Part shown: positions 59,566 through 64,000 of the stretch, one piece after another
Numbering within the stretch: position 1 is the first letter of the stretch
How the letters are laid out: every line of letters begins with the position of its first letter
Assembly (NCBI GenBank): GCA_965216755.1
Contig: CBDCGL010000011.1
Location: 2,272,001-2,336,000 of the forward strand
Source of the DNA: Alphaproteobacteria bacterium
Lineage (GTDB): Bacteria; Pseudomonadota; Alphaproteobacteria; UBA7887
DNA length: 64,000 nt
Reading direction: 5' to 3'
Notes under the pieces: model-generated
Database searches by the model: none
Told to the model about the DNA's origin: nothing
The model's input: the letters and a program-made list of their open reading frames with translations, nothing else
Made by a program: the position numbers and the translations under genes

Positions 59566-60651
59566 ATGCCCGGCAACAGTTTTGGCCACACATTTCGCTA
59601 TACCACTTGGGGGGAGAGCCATGGGCCGGCGATCGGCTGCGTGGTTGACGGGGTGCCAGCACGGATTGCGCTCAGCGAAGCAGACATTCAACCATGGCTA
59701 GACCGCCGACGCCCGGGCCAGTCGCGTCACACCACGCAACGCCGCGAGCCGGATCAAGTGAGCATACTCTCTGGCGTGTTCGAGGGCCAAACCAGCGGCA
59801 CGCCGATTGCCCTGATGATCGAAAACACCGATCAGCGCAGCAAGGATTATGGCGAGATCAAGGACCGTTTTCGGCCCGGCCACGCTGACTACACCTATCT
59901 GCAAAAATACGGTGTCCGTGACTACCGTGGCGGCGGCCGATCAAGCGCCCGCGAGACCGCCATGCGGGTCGCCGCCGGCGCCATCGCGCGCAAGATTTTG
60001 GGAGACGACATCAACATTCGAGGCGCGCTGATTCAGGTTGGCGCGACCAAGATCGACCGCGCGCGCTGGGATTGGAACGCCGTGCCGCAAAATCCGTTCT
60101 GGTGTCCAGACGCCGCAATGGTCGATGTGTGGACGAAAGAATTGGATGCCATTCGCAAGCAAGGCAATTCTGTCGGCGCGGTGATCGAAGTCGTCGCCGG
60201 GGGCGTCCCGGCGGGCCTTGGCGAACCTGTCTACGACAAACTCGACGCCGATTTGGCCAAGGCGATGATGTCGATCAACGCCGTCAAGGCAGTCGAGATC
60301 GGCGCCGGAATCGAGACTGCGGCGATGACCGGTGATGAGGCGGCGGATGAAATGCGCATCGGGGCTGATGGCGCACCGGTATTTCTCAGTAACCACGCCG
60401 GCGGTATTTTAGGTGGCATTTCTTCGGGCCAAGACATCGTTGTGCGCTTCGCCGTCAAGCCGACCAGTTCGCTATTGATTCCCAAACGTTCTATCAATGT
60501 CGCCGGCGAAGAAATAGAGATCGCCACGCGCGGCCGGCACGATCCGTGTGTCGGCATTCGCGCTGTGCCTGTTGGTGAAGCGATGATGGCGTGCGTTTTG
60601 GCCGACCATTTGCTGCGCCATCGGGCGACCCAGAATTGGCAAACGTCATAA
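59566..60651 (+). CDS. aroC: Chorismate synthase
   Basis: [24 protein letters not shown]. Confidence 0.96.
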   Translation: MPGNSFGHTFRYTTWGESHGPAIGCVVDGVPARIALSEADIQPWLDRRRPGQSRHTTQRREPDQVSILSGVFEGQTSGTPIALMIENTDQRSKDYGEIKDRFRPGHADYTYLQKYGVRDYRGGGRSSARETAMRVAAGAIARKILGDDINIRGALIQVGATKIDRARWDWNAVPQNPFWCPDAAMVDVWTKELDAIRKQGNSVGAVIEVVAGGVPAGLGEPVYDKLDADLAKAMMSINAVKAVEIGAGIETAAMTGDEAADEMRIGADGAPVFLSNHAGGILGGISSGQDIVVRFAVKPTSSLLIPKRSINVAGEEIEIATRGRHDPCVGIRAVPVGEAMMACVLADHLLRHRATQNWQTS

Positions 60652-60682
60652 TAATTTTAACGATGGATTGAGGGAGGATGCC

Positions 60683-61363
60683 GTGCCACGCGCAAGCAGC
60701 AAGACCAAATCGAAGTCGGCGGCGGCGAAGCGGCAGACAGCCGCAACCAAGCGTCGCAAGACGGCGGCGGCACGACAAAGCCAGGGCATGCCCAATGTGA
60801 ACAAGCTCTGGGCGCTCAAATTGCGTCCGAACCTAAATGCTCTGGATTCGGACATGAAGAAGTTTTTCGACATTTGCGTCGAGAAACTGGGGCTGCTGCC
60901 GAATGTGCTGAGAGCCTATGCGGCACACCCGACCAAGCTACGCAATTTCGCGAACTTGTATAACGAATTGATGCTGGGCGACTCAGGTTTAGACAAGATG
61001 GAACGGGAGATGATCGCGGTCGCCGTCTCCAGCGTCAACAAATGTGTCTATTGCCTGGTCGCGCACGGCGCCACCTTGCGCCAGTTGTCGGGCGATCCGA
61101 TATTGGCTGAAATGATCGCGCACAATTATCGGGTTGCCGCGCTGAGCCCACGTCATCGCGCCATGCTTGATTTCGCCGTCAAGCTCACTGAACGGCCCCA
61201 CGAAATGGGCGAAACCGACCGGCAAAGCTTGCGCGATGCCGGCTTCAGCGAGCGGGATATTTTCGACATTGCCGACGTCGCGGCGTTCTTCAACATGTCC
61301 AACCGCATGGCAAGCGCGGTGGAAATGCTGCCCAACGCCGAATATCACGGCATGGCGCGTTAG
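60683..61363 (+). CDS. AhpD/CMD-family peroxidase-related enzyme with a basic N-terminal extension
   Basis: EREMIAVAVS.VNKCVYCLVAHG, FFNMSNRMA; GGAGG SD before GTG. Confidence 0.88.
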   Translation: MPRASSKTKSKSAAAKRQTAATKRRKTAAARQSQGMPNVNKLWALKLRPNLNALDSDMKKFFDICVEKLGLLPNVLRAYAAHPTKLRNFANLYNELMLGDSGLDKMEREMIAVAVSSVNKCVYCLVAHGATLRQLSGDPILAEMIAHNYRVAALSPRHRAMLDFAVKLTERPHEMGETDRQSLRDAGFSERDIFDIADVAAFFNMSNRMASAVEMLPNAEYHGMAR

Positions 61364-61513
61364 CGAATGACTTACACACGTAGGTTCGAGCGTTGGAGAA
61401 TGTGGTATCGAGCGTAGCCAATTCAATAGTGGTTGAAGACACGCAGGCTTGGCGCCAAACGTTGGAACGGTCGCACACTACAAATAGACTGACTTCGACG
61501 CCGCGATAGAGCG

Positions 61514-62336
61514 ATGCTGGTCGTTTGGATCCTTATCCATTCAACAGCAATCGTCGTGTTGACGGCGTTGAGCCAGATTGGTGGCGTGGCCTACGTGGCG
61601 ACAATGTTGCTCGCATGTGGCGCGAACAGTTTACGGCGTCGGCTCTATTGGCTTAGACCAGGCTTCTTTCTTGGATCATATGCCGCATTGGCATGGCTAT
61701 CTTCGGTCGCAGCGCCCACTCTTGGACGCGTCGCGCTGCCATGCTTTGCATCCGATAAAGAACCACTGGCAATGCAGTCACCGCTCTATTGCGCTCTGAA
61801 CCGCAACTATGTCGTACCCCAACTGAGAACTGTTGCACTGGGTCTGGCTGCCGATGTCGACCGTCAATTCCCCGGCACCGTGACATTGGCTCGACGGCAG
61901 CTTTCCGTTTGCGGATGGGTTCCCTCTGTTGCCACATCTTTCGCATAGCGACGGCCGGAAACTGGATTTCGCGTTTTACTACCAAACGGCAGACGGTACC
62001 TACGTGCCGGCCAAAACGCGTTCGCCGCTCGGCTATTGGGCATTTGAAACACCCACCAACGATCGGCAGCTCTGTTCTAGCAATCGTTCAGAATTGACCT
62101 TGCGATGGGAGTTGGTTTGGTTCAGACCATTGCTGAACGACTTGGTTCTCGACCAGGAGCGGACTCGGGCGGCGCTTGAATGGCTTTTTACTTCGGGGCG
62201 ACGTGCGGGCGTGTCAAAGGTTTTTCTCGAACCACACATGGCCGAATCGCTAGGCGTACAAAGCGACATCCTGCGTTTTCAAGGGTGCCGCGCCGCCCGG
62301 CACGACAATCACATACATATTCAAATCGGACCATGA
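61514..62336 (+). pseudogene. Frameshifted membrane-anchored protein with LAS-type (MepA/M15-like) metallopeptidase motifs
   Basis: First frame ends ...FPGTVTL; second frame continues LDGSFPFADGFPLLPHLSHSDGRKLD...RHDNHIH; frame switch near 61888. Confidence 0.65.
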
Positions 62337-62377
62337 CGTGCCGTACGGCACGATCATTCGCCAGACTAGTTTATTGC

Positions 62378-63352
62378 CTAGGCAACCATACCTTCGAGGC
62401 GATCGCGGATCAGCTGTTCGGCCTCGGCCATGATGCGATCGATCAATTCCTTGCAGGTCGGGATATCGTTGATCAGCCCAGCGACCATACCGCACGACCA
62501 AGCGCCGGCATCCATTTTGCCATCGAGCATGATCGTCGGATAGACCCCGGCGACCTCGTCGAGAATATCGTCGATCTTGATGCTCTTGCCGAGCTTTTCT
62601 TCTTTTTCCAACAGCCGTTCGACGGCCGCATTGTTGAGCACGCGCTCGGTATTGCGCAGCGGTCGCATGACCAAGCGCGTGTCCAGCTCGCTCGCCGCGA
62701 CAATCGCCTGTTTGACGTTGTCGTGGATGGGCGCCTCTTTGGTGGCCATGAAGCGCGTGCCCATGTTCATGCCGTCAGCGCCCATGGCCAGCGACGCCAC
62801 CAGGCTGCGCGCGTCCGCCATGCCGCCCGAGGCGACAAACGGGATCTTCAATTCCTCGGCCGCGCGCGGCAGCAAGATCATGTTGGGAATATCGTCCTCG
62901 CCCGGATGGCCACCGCATTCGAAACCATCCACCGACACCGCGTCGCAGCCAATCGACTCGGCTTTCAGCGAATGCCGCACCGACGTGCATTTGTGGATGA
63001 TTTTGACGCCCGCTTCCTGCAAACGCGGCAAATGCGCCTGCGGATTGCGGCCCGCGGTTTCGACGATTTTCACCCCACCATCGATGATCGCGCTGATATA
63101 GCCTGGATAATCCGGCGCAGTGACGGTCGGCAGAAACGTCAAATTGACCCCGAACGGCCTGTCGGTCATCTCCCGACAGCGCGCGATCTCGTCGGCCAGA
63201 TCTTGCGGTGTTTTTTGGGTCAGGCCGGTGATGATGCCGAGCCCGCCAGCATTCGATACCGCCGCCGCCAGCTCGGCGAAGCCGACATAGTGCATGCCGC
63301 CCTGAATGATCGGGTGCTCGATACCGAACAGCTCGGTAATGCGCGTTTTCAT
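62378..63352 (-). CDS. Nitronate monooxygenase / FabK-like flavin oxidoreductase
   Basis: PIIQGGM, PFGVN, DGFECGGHPG, ASGG, MGTRF. Confidence 0.9.
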   Translation of the reverse strand: MKTRITELFGIEHPIIQGGMHYVGFAELAAAVSNAGGLGIITGLTQKTPQDLADEIARCREMTDRPFGVNLTFLPTVTAPDYPGYISAIIDGGVKIVETAGRNPQAHLPRLQEAGVKIIHKCTSVRHSLKAESIGCDAVSVDGFECGGHPGEDDIPNMILLPRAAEELKIPFVASGGMADARSLVASLAMGADGMNMGTRFMATKEAPIHDNVKQAIVAASELDTRLVMRPLRNTERVLNNAAVERLLEKEEKLGKSIKIDDILDEVAGVYPTIMLDGKMDAGAWSCGMVAGLINDIPTCKELIDRIMAEAEQLIRDRLEGMVA

Positions 63353-63414
63353 TGCTGCTATCCCTTGAACTCTTGATGTCAGCAGCATGCGGGTTTGCCG
63401 GCTCAGTTCAAGCC

Positions 63415-64000
63415 TCAATCCGACACGGTCAATATGCTCGAACCGGTGGTTTTGCGGCCTTCCAGGTCGGCGTGGGCGCGTCCCGCCTCGGCCAAGGGAT
63501 AGCGCTGGTTGATCTCGATCTTGAGCGCGCCGTCGGCGATCAGCCCGAACAGGGTTTTGGCATTGCGCGCGCGTTCGACCGGATCCTTGGTGAACGTGAT
63601 CAGACCGCCGACGGCGACCGACGCGGAACGGCTGCGCAATCTGTTAATATCGACCGGCCCGATCGGCCCGGATGCCACGCCGAAGCTGACAAGACGGCCC
63701 CGATCGGCCAGGCAATCGATGCCCTTGTCGAGCGTGTCCTTGCCGATGGCGTCATAGACCACGTCAACGCCACGACCATCGGTCAGCGTCTTGACGCGTT
63801 CGGCGAAGTCTTCGCGGGTATACAAAACCGGATGGTCGCAACCGTGCGCGGCCGCCATCTCCGCCTTGGCCTCGTTGCCGACCGTGCCGATCACCGTGGC
63901 GCCGATATGTTTTGCCCATTGGCATAGGATCATGCCGACGCCGCCGGCCGCGGCGTGAATCAGCGCTGTTTGCCCGGCCTTCAGAGGCCAGGATTCGTGC
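63415..64000 (-). CDS. qor: NADPH:quinone oxidoreductase (zeta-crystallin family), C-terminal part
   Basis: LIHAAAGGVG, GVDVVYD, LVSFG.ASG, AH.DLEGRKTTGS; 5' end lies outside the window. Confidence 0.88.
   Translation of the reverse strand, partial: HESWPLKAGQTALIHAAAGGVGMILCQWAKHIGATVIGTVGNEAKAEMAAAHGCDHPVLYTREDFAERVKTLTDGRGVDVVYDAIGKDTLDKGIDCLADRGRLVSFGVASGPIGPVDINRLRSRSASVAVGGLITFTKDPVERARNAKTLFGLIADGALKIEINQRYPLAEAGRAHADLEGRKTTGSSILTVSD

Noticed and set aside
62180-63376. 398-aa plus-strand ORF
   Set aside because: Antisense to the nitronate monooxygenase-family gene; no motifs

Overview
GC-rich chromosomal window of a probable alphaproteobacterium (Rhodospirillales-like gene content; inference). 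It is dense with metabolic genes: a partial EF-G paralogue, fccAB sulfide dehydrogenase, hpnB, a divergent aroQ next to hisC, the hmgA-fahA-maiA homogentisate pathway with a MarR regulator, an arsI/cadI-sigZ pair, a cd1 nitrite reductase (nirS) with an FNR-type box, a Liv-type ABC transporter, an EAL protein, TRAP dctQM, a form II cox/xanthine-dehydrogenase-family cluster with maturation genes, an ACP-FAAL-acyltransferase fusion, a USP cluster, and housekeeping genes (fieF, pdxH, cbpA-like, fabI, aroC). No rRNA, tRNA, CRISPR array or transposase was seen, but three small palindromic MITE/REP-like elements are present. The best candidate for an undescribed system is at 34.35-37.8 kb. There, a secreted 85-aa peptide with 15 Cys in CNPC/CxAC repeats is flanked by an exported FGE-sulfatase-fold protein with a CxxC motif, a His-motif DUF6969-like protein, an exported rhodanese ending in CPNC, and a cytochrome c2. 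This may be a periplasmic Cys-peptide modification (RiPP-like) or metal/sulfur-handling module. Other notable signals are a possible leader-peptide attenuator upstream of the EF-G paralogue and a NirS that appears membrane-tethered. All family calls come from motif recognition by eye, not from database searches.
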